From Naegleria gruberi (Eukaryota): a DNA stretch of 64,000 nt. Numbering within the stretch: the stretch's first letter is position 1; the number at the start of each line of letters is the position of its first letter. Position numbers and translations under genes: made by a program. Shown one piece after another: positions 37,321 through 47,200 of the stretch. The stretch lies in NCBI GenBank assembly GCA_000004985.1, contig GG738873.1. The stretch is one strand, 5' to 3'. A model generated the notes under the pieces. That model ran no database searches and was not told the origin of the DNA. It was given only the letters and a program-made list of their open reading frames with translations.

Positions 37321-38040
37321 CTAATTCTGTGATTTCATGATGTTAGCAACGTTCATTGGGTGACTTAAAGCGAAATGGAGTAGTCTAGATTTCAAATGCA
37401 ACATTTCCATCATCTTTTGCAAGCCCTTTGATTGGATTTCTTGCAAACGGGGATAAGTACGATGATTATGAATAACGGATTCAAATCTAGCCATTAATGA
37501 TTGAACTCTATTCAAAAGAGCATCATTGGTTTGATAACGACGAAGAGTTTTGGCTGAAACAAAACTTAAGACATCTCCATCGGCTAATCTGTCGCCAACT
37601 TCATAGTGTCTTCTAATCTCCTTGATTGTTGACATACCCCAATGTTTACCAGTGGAATCTTCAGCAGAATCCTCATCAGAGTTGTCATCAAGTTGATCAG
37701 CTTCTTGAAGGATGGGTGGAACTGCTTCAAGATGTTTAATTCTCTCACCCAATGAAGTGATGGCGTGAAGAATAGCATCTAGGTTCTTTTCAGAACCACC
37801 TTGGTTGTTATCCAAGGGTTTAGTTTGTGATGAAACTGGGTCATTTCCAGAACCACTTTGATTATTATCTAAAGGTTTAGTCTGTGATGACACTGAACTA
37901 CCTTCATCAATTGCTGGGATATATCCAGACTTGTAAGTTGAAACGCTGTCAGCTGACTTACTAGCAGAAATAATTTTTCTGATAGCAGTCACTGTTTTGC
38001 CAGGGGTGTCAGCAATGATTTTGCTTGGTGTGTTTACCAT
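37321..38040 (-). CDS. gag-like ORF of the DIRS-like element (239 aa, no zinc knuckle, Ser/Thr/Gln-rich internal repeat SSQTKPLDNNQ x2)
   Basis: Position immediately upstream of pol on the same strand. Helical C-terminal half. No independent homology recognised. Confidence 0.45.
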   Translation of the reverse strand: MVNTPSKIIADTPGKTVTAIRKIISASKSADSVSTYKSGYIPAIDEGSSVSSQTKPLDNNQSGSGNDPVSSQTKPLDNNQGGSEKNLDAILHAITSLGERIKHLEAVPPILQEADQLDDNSDEDSAEDSTGKHWGMSTIKEIRRHYEVGDRLADGDVLSFVSAKTLRRYQTNDALLNRVQSLMARFESVIHNHRTYPRLQEIQSKGLQKMMEMLHLKSRLLHFALSHPMNVANIMKSQN

Positions 38041-38141
38041 GTTTCTTAATTTTTTTGAGCATAAAAATTATTTATCAACTCAATTTTATTGTTTACAATT
38101 TGTCGAAATACTAACGTTGCATCGTTCCTCGCAACTAGCCA

Positions 38142-38159
38142 ATATATATATATATATAT
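38142..38159. repeat. (AT)9 microsatellite
   Basis: Direct reading. Confidence 0.9.
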
Positions 38160-38680
38160 TCTCAAAGTCATTTACAACTAATAAAGTGAAAATATACAAC
38201 ACTTGACTTACCAAGGTAACCAAATTACTAGATTCTAAAGGAAATACAATATATATTCATGGTATTACTCATCATACTCAAGTTTCTATTATCTTAAAAT
38301 TTTATTACGGCCAATTCAAACAGGCAACAAAAGCACACATTATCAGACATTGTAATAACAAATACTCAACCTTTTGTTGTTTATAATATGTGAAATCTAT
38401 TGACAGAACAAAATGAAATACAAAAAGTCTACTAATAAAGAGTTCTTACCAAGAAATCACCGAAAAACTCATGTAAAATAAAGAATAGAAAATCACTTTT
38501 AAGGGGTAAATAAATATAATCTGAACAGATAAATGAATTTGCGAGGAATTATGATAAAAAGGATGTAGTGAGAATGGGATTTGATAAAGAGAGGATAAGT
38601 AAAAAACATGATGAGGAGTATGATGAAGAATAAAAGGGAAATGATTTTTCTAACATAGATAAATATAATTTTTGTTCACA

Positions 38681-38700
38681 TATATATATATATATATATA
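38681..38700. repeat. (TA)10 microsatellite
   Basis: Direct reading. Confidence 0.9.
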
Positions 38701-38799
38701 TTCACCCAATAATTTATCAAAAAAATAAAATACAAAAAATCAATTCTCATATAACAACAAAATAAATTGTGAAAATATACAAAAATTATATTCAAACTC

Positions 38800-40187
38800 G
38801 AATTTAAATCGAGAAACACACTAAACCACCAAACGGTACTACTAAGCTTAAAATCTCTAATCCAACTCAAGTCACGGAACACTTTGACAAGATGTTCAAT
38901 ACTGCACTCGGAGACTCTAATTTGGATGAGAAATTAATCACAGGACACCCCAAACTTGCAGAATTTAGGGTTCCACCTGCTAACCCAAGTTTGCTTGCGA
39001 ATGTGGTTAGCCGTATGAAACACTCAATGCCTGGTAGTAATAAGGTGCCAATGATTGTTTCAAATTTATGAATGAAGATACTCTCCTTACCTTCTTTAAC
39101 AAAATATTTGTTGATGGTAACCCCTTCCCTGATTCTTGGAAAGCAGGTCTGCTACTTCCCCTACCTAAAAACTCGAATCCCAAATCACTCTCTGACTTCA
39201 GACCTATAGTTGTTCTCCCTATTCACTCAGCCCAAAGAGACTTCAAACGCCTTGCCTCAACTACTGACCAGCTCGTGGTGGTCTATCATTTCCGAATATA
39301 GAAAAACAAAGAAACCATTATTCATGTGCACCCTTGATATTAAGAATGCATATGGAAGTGTGGTCCATAGCAAGTTGAAATCTATCCTTCCCAGGATAGG
39401 TTTTAATAAGTCAGTAACCAATCTTGTTATGAAAATGGTTACGGGGCACAGAATCAAAGTGCTTGCTAATGGCTCAACATCACCAGCTTTTGAAGCAAGG
39501 TTTGGAGTCCCACAAGGGGATCCTATTAGCCCTCTTGTGTTCAATCTATACTTTAACACTGTTACTTCCGTGATTGATTCATATCAAGGAGCTTCCATTT
39601 GTGGAGAAAAAGTAGTTCTCCTTCTGTATGCAGACGATATCTTGGTTCTTTCTGAATCAGCTTCAGAATTAACCAATATACTTACTGAATTAAACTCAAT
39701 AGCCCTACAACTAGGGCTGCACTTCGCCACACACAAGTGCAAAGTATTTGGTGTCACTGCATCTGGCCTCAGATCTCGAGCAAAAGTTTACGTAAATGGT
39801 ACAAACATTAATAGTTCTAAGAATAATCCATTAGAGTATCTGGGTGCCTCCTTTATTAATAACATGTCTTGGTCTCCCTCCGATGATAAGGTTCTCTTAA
39901 AAGTTGAATCCAGATTACTAAATTTCAGACCAAAACACTTGAGACTCGGTCCAATGAGGAACGTAATATTATCTAAGGTGCTTTCTGTGCCTAGATACCT
40001 CTCAAGCGTAAATGCTATTCCACTTTCACTATTGGAAAAATTGGAAGTCAAAATTAGTGGAATTATTAAGAAAAGAATTGGATGTGACAACAGGCTCTCT
40101 AAAGCCGTTATCTATGGTGATAAATCCCAGGGTGGACTTGGGCTTTTATGTCCAGTTGATATAAGTCACGTGGAAAGGATGGCATCT
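38800..40187 (+). mobile_element. LINE copy 1: 5'-truncated, partly decayed non-LTR retrotransposon (RT half through the C-terminal region; 3' end lost in the gap)
   Basis: About 97-98% nucleotide identity to 41500-42900 of copy 2. Relative to copy 2, the 5' part has small indels, an approximately 70-nt deletion and frame breaks (ORFs 39068..39301 and 39210..40253). Confidence 0.85.
39210..40187 (+). pseudogene. RT motif A to thumb fragment of LINE copy 1. The frame is intact here and includes the 115 bp that copy 2 lacks
   Basis: TLDIKNAYGSV, GVPQGDPISPLVFNL and LLLYADDILVLS motifs. Continuous reading into LGLHFATHKCKVFG...VYVNGTN. Confidence 0.8.
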
Positions 40188-40237
40188 NNNNNNNNNNNNN
40201 NNNNNNNNNNNNNNNNNNNNNNNNNNNNNNNNNNNNN
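40188..40237. other. 50-N scaffold gap at the junction of the two tandem LINE copies
   Basis: n run. Followed by A-rich aaaaagaaaaaa, which may be the tail of copy 1. Confidence 0.95.
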
Positions 40238-40388
40238 AAAAAGAAAAAACTAGGCAGTCCTTTTAAGTCTGCTATTGTTCTTCGAAACGTGAATCTGAGA
40301 GTTTCCACTACTAAGGCAGCCGATTCCCCATGTATGGCTGTAGATAAAAGTGAACTCTCAGAGGAGGACAATTAAACATCACCTTAGA

Positions 40389-42461
40389 ATGGCCAGTTGC
40401 AACCTCTCGTCCTTTTCAATCGACAAACAGGCCATTCTTCTTCACCACATCAAGAACGAGAGGCTTGATGTTATTAACATCCAAGAATCGCACTGGGACT
40501 CCAGCGTGTTCAAGGATAATGTTAGTAAGGCTGCTAAGTTCTTTTCCCCTTGCAAGATTTATGGAACTCCATGTAGTCCAAATGATAAGGCAGCCGGAAT
40601 CCTCACTATTATCAAAGGTACTCTGCATAGAAAGGTAATTTCTTTTGAAGTGCTAGTTTCAGGCAGAGTTTCATGTTTAAAATTAGAAACTGATTATGGT
40701 GTTGTCAACATCATTAATTGGTACGGTGTGCAAAAGTATAGTAGTGAATTCCAGAACATCTTAACTAAGCTCTCAGAGTATTTACTGGAAGCTATGTTTC
40801 ACTCGGAACATGTTATTATAATGGGTGACCTTAATATCAACACCTTGTTTGGCTCGGAGAAGAGGAAAGCGAGCGCCTTCAATGAATGGTTACAAGTATT
40901 TAACCTGAATGATCTTGTTCCATGTCCGACTCGCCCCTCTTTTAAGTCTAGTAGAGGTAGCAAGAAGCCATATTCTACCAGACCAGATCATATTGTTAGC
41001 TCCCTACTCTCCAGCCAACTGTGGGATGTTGAAATGTTTCTTCAACACAAAATGGTCTGTGCTGAGTTTCAATTATTCGATTTGGAGAGCACTGCTAAAT
41101 TTGAGGAGGTTTTCAATATGTCTAAATTCAATAACAAAGCGTTTACTGAGAATCTAGACTGCATCAATTCAAAGATTGCTTCCTTTTCAGGAAAAGATCT
41201 TCAATCCTTCTTAACTGAGCTGTGCTCTCAGTATCATTCGCCGATTAGGAAATCTCCTTTGATTACTGATATTAAAGAATATAGAGATTTAGAGCGTATT
41301 CGGAGGGCTCTCCAAAAGGCTAAATGGTCTAACCGACCGAATAAGATAGCCAAGGAATTTATGGCTACTGTTGGTGTAGATAATGCAATTGTAGCCTATA
41401 AAGATGTGGTGAAGAAACAACAGAACGTTATCCTCAGTGCTCTTAAAGCTAGAAAAGAGGCTTTCAAAAAGGCAGTTAATAACCTTAAAAGTAGTGTTCC
41501 TTATAGATACGCGTTTAAATCGGAGCGTAACTCTAGCTCTGTGTTTAAAATCTCTGATCCAACTCAGGTCACGGAACACTTTGAAAAGATGTTCAATACT
41601 GCACTCGGAGACTCTAATTTGGATGAGAAATTAATCACAGGACACCCCAAACTTGCAGAATTTAGGGTCCCACCTGCTAACCCAGGTTTGCTTGCGAATG
41701 TGGTTAGCCGGATGAAACACTCAATGCCTGGTAGTGATAAGGTGCCAATGATTGTTTTCAAATCTATGAATGAAGATGCTCTCCTTACAGTGTGTTCAAT
41801 CTTTAACAAAATCCTTGTTGATGGTAACCCCATCCCTGATTCTTGGAAAGCAGGTCTGCTACTTCCCTTACCTAAAAACTCGAATCCCAAATCACTCTCT
41901 GACTTCAGACCTATTGTTGTTCTCCCTATTATTTATAGAATTTTTTCTTCCTATGTTAACTACCACCTCATGAACAAGGTGGACGAGGAAAAAGTGATTC
42001 ACTCAGCCCAAAGAGGCTTCAAACGCCTTGCCTCAACTACTGACCAGCTCGTGGTGGTCAAGTCTATCATTTCCGAATATAGAAAAACAAAGAAACCATT
42101 ATTCATGTGCACCCTCGATATTAAGAATGCATATGGAAGTGTGGTCCATAGCAAGTTGAAATCTATCCTTCCCAGGATAGGTTTTAATGAGTCAGTAACC
42201 AATCTTGTTATGAAAATGGTTACGGGGCACAGAATCAAAGTGCTTGCTAATGGCTCAACATCACCAGCTTTTGAAGCAAGGTTTGGAGTCCCACAAGGGG
42301 ATCCTATTAGCCCTCTTGTGTTCAATCTATACTTTAACACTGTTACTTCAGTGATTGATTCATATCAAGGAGCTTCCATTTGCGGAGAAAAAGTAGTTCT
42401 CCTTCTATATGCAGACGATATCTTGGTTCTTTCTTCAGATCTCGAGCAAAAGTTTACCTAA
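40389..42461 (+). CDS. LINE endonuclease-RT ORF. It terminates prematurely (..YADDILVLSSDLEQKFT*) because of the deletion
   Basis: See motifs above. A stop follows 9 codons after the deletion junction at about 42434. Confidence 0.8.
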   Translation: MASCNLSSFSIDKQAILLHHIKNERLDVINIQESHWDSSVFKDNVSKAAKFFSPCKIYGTPCSPNDKAAGILTIIKGTLHRKVISFEVLVSGRVSCLKLETDYGVVNIINWYGVQKYSSEFQNILTKLSEYLLEAMFHSEHVIIMGDLNINTLFGSEKRKASAFNEWLQVFNLNDLVPCPTRPSFKSSRGSKKPYSTRPDHIVSSLLSSQLWDVEMFLQHKMVCAEFQLFDLESTAKFEEVFNMSKFNNKAFTENLDCINSKIASFSGKDLQSFLTELCSQYHSPIRKSPLITDIKEYRDLERIRRALQKAKWSNRPNKIAKEFMATVGVDNAIVAYKDVVKKQQNVILSALKARKEAFKKAVNNLKSSVPYRYAFKSERNSSSVFKISDPTQVTEHFEKMFNTALGDSNLDEKLITGHPKLAEFRVPPANPGLLANVVSRMKHSMPGSDKVPMIVFKSMNEDALLTVCSIFNKILVDGNPIPDSWKAGLLLPLPKNSNPKSLSDFRPIVVLPIIYRIFSSYVNYHLMNKVDEEKVIHSAQRGFKRLASTTDQLVVVKSIISEYRKTKKPLFMCTLDIKNAYGSVVHSKLKSILPRIGFNESVTNLVMKMVTGHRIKVLANGSTSPAFEARFGVPQGDPISPLVFNLYFNTVTSVIDSYQGASICGEKVVLLLYADDILVLSSDLEQKFT

Positions 42462-43648
42462 ATGGTACTAACATTAATAGTTCTAAGAATAATCCGTTAG
42501 AGTATCTGGGTGCCTCCTTTATTAATAACATGTCTTGGTCTCCCTCCGATGATAAGGTTCTCTTAAAAGTTGAATCCAGATTACTAAATTTCAGACCAAA
42601 ACACTTGAGACTCGGTCCAATGAGGAACGTAATATTATCTAAGGTGCTTTCTGTACCTAGATACCTCTCAAGCGTAGATGCTATTCCACTTTCACTATTG
42701 GAAAAATTGGAAGTCAAAATTAGTGGAATTATTAAGAAAAGAATTGGATGTGACAACAGGCTCTCTAAAGCCGTTATATATGGTGATAAATCCCAGGGTG
42801 GACTTGGGCTTTTATCTCCAGTTGATATAAGTCACGTGGAAAGGATGGCATCTGTCTGTAGGTTTGTCAATTCTACCTCTCCTATCACCCAAAAAATCGC
42901 AAGAGCCATGATAAATAAGGCGCTCAAGGGTGAAACTACAGATTCACTGTGGAAAAATGCTGCCGCTACAATGAAAGATCTGAAATATTACTTCAAATCC
43001 ACAGATAATGGATGGGTCTTGTGTAACCATACCAATCACAAGCCTGTCTCCAACCTTAGAAATGCTATCATTGAAACTCAGCGATCCAAAAAAATTATCA
43101 ATAAGTTGGGCCAATTAGACAATGACTATAATTGGCATAACAGCACTCTCTCCTTCTGGAGAAACTCTCTCTTGTCTTATTATCAGCAAAGACTCCTCTA
43201 CTTTAATCTCCACCACTCAATTTTACTAGGTGATGACAGTACTTGTGACAAATGTAATGTCAAGGAAGATTGGACCCATGCATTCCAAACTTGTCCCAAA
43301 TGCAATCCTGAAAAGGATGAACTGTATGCCACATGGGACGCTATCTCCCAGAAATTTAGTATTAACAAGATTCGTTTCCCTCCTGATATCTCAGAATCCT
43401 CTCAACTTAGGATAGAATTTGATGGTCGTTGCTCCCGTAATTACTGGCTTAACTGGTCTAAGCGCAAAAAAATACCTAAGTATCTGGCCCTAGAAGTCTA
43501 CAAAGCACTAGCTATTTATTTGGAAAATTGCTACAAGAACTCAGTGTGGTACAACCGTCCCAATGCAAGCTTCACTATTAACAGGAAATACCTCTCTGCC
43601 TACCACAGGCAGGCTCAGTCTAACCAACCACTTAGCGTCAACCCATAA
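42437..43648 (+). pseudogene. LINE copy 2 downstream reading frame (RT thumb plus CCHC C-terminus), disconnected from the EN-RT frame by the 115-bp deletion
   Basis: Copy 1 positions 39654-39768 are absent from copy 2; 115 is not a multiple of 3. The downstream frame matches the copy 1 frame. Confidence 0.8.
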
Positions 43649-43716
43649 CACTTAAACGCTGAACCGAAACTTACTGGTTGTAGACCTCGTCTCTCAGGTC
43701 TTTACGATACAAGAGA

Positions 43717-44214
43717 ATGAGAGCATTTTATCTCTAAACACAAATAAAAATTAATTGCACAGATTTAAAAATTTGTGATTTGTGTTTGTGTAGACAGACC
43801 ATTTTATCTTGAAAACACAAAAGTATTTTATTAAAATAATAAATTATTGTGGTCTTGAATCTTAGGTTGTTTTCTATGAATCTAGTAGTAAAAGTTCATT
43901 CGTCGTTGATCTTGAAATATGTGATCCGATATCAATATTGTTGTTGCAAGAATTGGACATGAATCGGGTTCTAATGGTTGCTGATTTCTTCTCCCGTTTG
44001 ATGAAGGAGAAGTTTAATACATTTTTTATTAATTAAATATTAAAAAATGTAAGAATGGAATAATTTTAAATAAAAATATGTATTTGTGCAAGATAAAATG
44101 GCCTGTCTACACAAACACAAACACAAATTTGTGAAAATATTTTAGCACAATTTAGCACAAATATTCATGTGTAATTAATTTTTTATTTGTGAATAGTGAT
44201 AAAATGCTCTCAAT
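43717..44214. repeat. Foldback/MITE-like element. Imperfect terminal inverted repeats of about 95-125 nt (43717-43812 versus 44089-44214, termini TGAGAGCATTTTATC...) flank an AT-rich spacer of about 275 bp
   Basis: The reverse complement of gagcattttatctctaaacacaaataaaaattaattgcacag...gtgtttgtgtagacagaccattttatcttg aligns to caagataaaatggcctgtctacacaaacacaaacacaaatttg...taattaattttttatttgtgaatagtgataaaatgctc. Confidence 0.7.
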
Positions 44215-44261
44215 AAATATAACAATTTATTTTTTATTTAATAAATATTACAATTTATTTT

Positions 44262-47200
44262 TTATTTTACCATGATTGTCAATGTATCTGCAATTAAACT
44301 TGTTGACAAGTAGGTATTGTATCCAATAGTTTCTTTTGTATATCTAATGGCATATCCATATGGGAAATAAGTCCAATTATTGCCATTGCACCCATCAGAG
44401 GAGTGAATTACACTGAGCCAATCTCTTTCACTACCACAACCACCAAAACCATATTGAATTATGAAATGCCTTGGAGTTATTGAAGGACCAGTCAATTGCA
44501 TGGTAAAAGCAGTATAGCTATTAACATAAGAGCTTAATCCGTAAGAGGAAGATTGTATTTTCTGAGGTGTAAACCAATTTTTGAAATCAGTACCTGCTAC
44601 GTTGAATAGAATATAGTGTTGCATTGCTGAGTCCTTGTTAATTTCGATCTTTACAGTACCAAACGAACTCCAATAATTCAAGAGGTCACCTATTAATACT
44701 GTATCTGGAGTATACTTGTCCAATGTTCCCCTAATATTGATCTTTGAATTCCAAACATCTGCAGGTCCATATGGTTGACCAGTTGCAATCTTATTAACAA
44801 GTGTGTAACCACCTCCATCAGTGGTCATGTCACAATACACGTTGAACGGAGCTACTGATGGATCTGGTTGGATAGTATAAACACCATCACCAACATTACC
44901 ACCATAGACTCTGCTAGAGTTTGTTGGGTATCTATAATCTTGGCACGTTCTGGCATAGGTAAAATCAGCAAATTTCCTTCCTTCACCACATCCAACTATA
45001 CCAACAATTGAACAGGAAGGTCCATAACGAGAAGGCCCACAAAAACATTGTCCATCAACGCAAACTCCTGCATAGTTGCAAGTAACACCAAGATTAGGAG
45101 CAGAGAAGCAATAAAGCTTTCCAGTTGGTACGTTATTGTCTGATGATAGACAGTAACTATACACCGAGCCATCTGTACTCCAGATAGAAACATTACTAGT
45201 GGATATATACTCATTGCTCCAGTAACTGTTGCTATACATTCGGGATGGTATTGAATTAGAATAGTTCGTATTCCAATACAACGACAAAGGAATGGTATAG
45301 ATGTCATGTCTTGAGAAACTGGAGGTTTCTTGCTCACAGAATACAGCTAGTGGAGGAAATCCTAATGATCCTTGAATAAGATAAAGACCTCTACCTGTCA
45401 TACCTTGATATGTTTTTGAAGAATTTGTTGGATTACTATATTCTGCACAGTTCTTGGCAAATGTTCCATCTGCATATCTTCTTAATCCATTAATAGAAAC
45501 AACACCCACCAATTCACAGAATTTACCAAAATGGCCATATTCACATTGGCATGTATCATAATCCACACAAACTCCTTTGGAGGAGCAAACAGATTTGCTG
45601 GATGCTTGAAAATTGTTACAATATACGCAGAAAAATGGGTTTTGCTTGCACCATTCTGAGGTTCTGTTTTCCCCATCATATACAGCCATCCATGACCCAA
45701 CTGGATCTTCCTTTTCTGCAACGGCAAAATATGGACCAGCGTTGCCATCGGTTGTGTTGGATCCACCGTAAATATATATATAACCACCTTGGGAGGATAT
45801 TATTCCTGAACTTGTCATATAGTATGGAAGTAAACCAAATGTCATTTCCCACTTCAATGGATTTTCTGTAGTAGCTCTAAAAATGTTGAATGAAGATGAC
45901 TCAAATGTTGTGGAACCACCAAATAGATAAATGTAATCACCAACAACTTCAATAAATGCAGAATACAATGGCACAGGAATGACAGAACCATTTACAATCT
46001 CGAATTGTGTAATATTTGACAATGGAGCCCTCATGATAGTGTCTAATATAACTGGAGTGAAGCTTGGGACATTGGAAGGGTCCTCAATATCTGTCAGTGG
46101 TCTATAACTGAATATTCTAGAAATGCCACCAAATATATAAACATAATCACCAGATTGCATTATCATACCCGATGCAACAGGGACTGGGAGAGAAAATGGA
46201 GTCTTTTCCCATTGTTTCAAATCATATAGAGGACATTTGTAAATTGCATTTGACACGTTATTGTTAACAATTCCCCCAAACAAGTACATTTCCTCATTGT
46301 GTTTGAAAAAGTGAGAGTTATGAATTGAATCTGGGAATCCCTCATTTGATGTGATATTATACTCTATCATCGACCAAACATTTTCATTTTTAGAGATGTT
46401 TCTAGTGTACATGCTGAATCCATTATTTACAAGTGATGGCACTGTGTCATCAGCTTTTAACAAATAACCAATCTCACCCAAATCAAAGTAAGTCATCTTC
46501 CTCATATACCATGGCAAGGTCATGGTGACATGATTATTCATTCTAACAAACTTTCCACTTGGACTAAGAGAATAAATTTTAGAGATTGGCGTTCCGGTCC
46601 AATGGTATGGTTTTGTGTCATAGCAAGAACTTCCAGCAAATATTTCAATATTAGAACAATAACCCACAGCCATAACTGTCCCATCTGCTAGGAATAAATA
46701 ACTATTATCTTCATTACTAGTTATGTCAACCACTGGTTGGAATGAATAATAGACTTTGGTAGGAACAAGAACATTGGAATTAGTTAAGCCAGTACCTGTC
46801 TGACCAGCGTCACTCTTACCCCAAGAATATAGAGTTCTATCTTTGCAATAAACAAAATTATGGAAAGCTTTCGTGTGTATCATTGTGGCAAAACAAGTAG
46901 TGTTTGGTCCAAATTGAGATAAAATCTTTGGAAGTAATCTGTTAGTGGTTGAGTTATCTCCAACTTGGTAATAATTATTAAGACCCCATGAATAGACTCT
47001 TCCACTTGTAGTTAGAATCAAGTTGTGTCCATATCCGCATTGAATATCAGTAATTGTTTCATTGATATGTTTTGTTATAACTTCAATAGGTTCTCCTTGA
47101 GATACATTGTTATTAGTACCAAGTTGTCCCCATCCATTGTAACCCATTGAATACAGTCTATTGGTATTCGACAATACAAGTGCATGCTTAAAACCAGCAC

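Larger units (their letters stand above)
34823..38040 (-). mobile_element. Partial DIRS-like (tyrosine-recombinase) retrotransposon: gag-like, RT-RNaseH-DIRS domain, start of recombinase-like ORF. Both ends undefined (3' side runs into gap; 5' terminal region probably lies in 38041-38800)
   Basis: RT motif YIDDILILS. RNase H motifs NSDACPTGYGI ... ENILADRLSRL. Post-RNaseH block HHVDRFATLES...FNSW...NPW...YCAPPLGLISQAL...ATFVVPDWPSSIWFPVLL matches the conserved DLFAS...W...FPP..LI...L...APxWxxxxWFP domain of DIRS/Ngaro/PAT elements. No DDE integrase. Downstream ORF with tyrosine-recombinase-like N-terminal domain. Confidence 0.7.
40238..43716 (+). mobile_element. LINE copy 2: near-full-length single-ORF non-LTR retrotransposon (APE endonuclease, RT, CCHC), Jockey-superfamily-like (CR1/L2/RTE-like; clade unresolved). 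Inactivated by a 115-bp internal deletion
   Basis: ORF beginning MASCNLSS at the ATG 40389. EEP/APE motifs (LDVINIQESHW, HVIIMGDLNI, STRPDHIV). RT motifs FRPIVVLP, QRGFKRLASTTDQL, TLDIKNAYGSV, GVPQGDPISPLVFNL, YADD. C-terminal CDKCNVKEDWTHAFQTCPKC. The 5' end may lie in the gap. Confidence 0.85.

Noticed and set aside
38041-38799. tRNA or snRNA genes, or DIRS terminal repeats, in the AT-rich spacer between the DIRS gag and the LINE
   Set aside because: I found no tRNA-like T-loop (GGTTCGA/GTTCRA) or snRNA signature by eye. Terminal repeats cannot be called because the other end of the element is in the gap. Only (TA)n microsatellites are certain
39257-42756. Antisense ORFs 39257..39559, 39788..40090, 41999..42340 and 42454..42756 (pairs of near-identical 100-113-aa proteins)
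   Set aside because: They lie antisense to the LINE RT sequence. Their duplication only reflects the two LINE copies. No motif recognised
44996-45871. ORFs 44996..45337(-), 45482..45787(-) and 45551..45871(+) inside paralogue A
   Set aside because: Alternative-frame or antisense ORFs nested in a 3.6-kb CDS with strong domain evidence. Cys/His-rich junk translations
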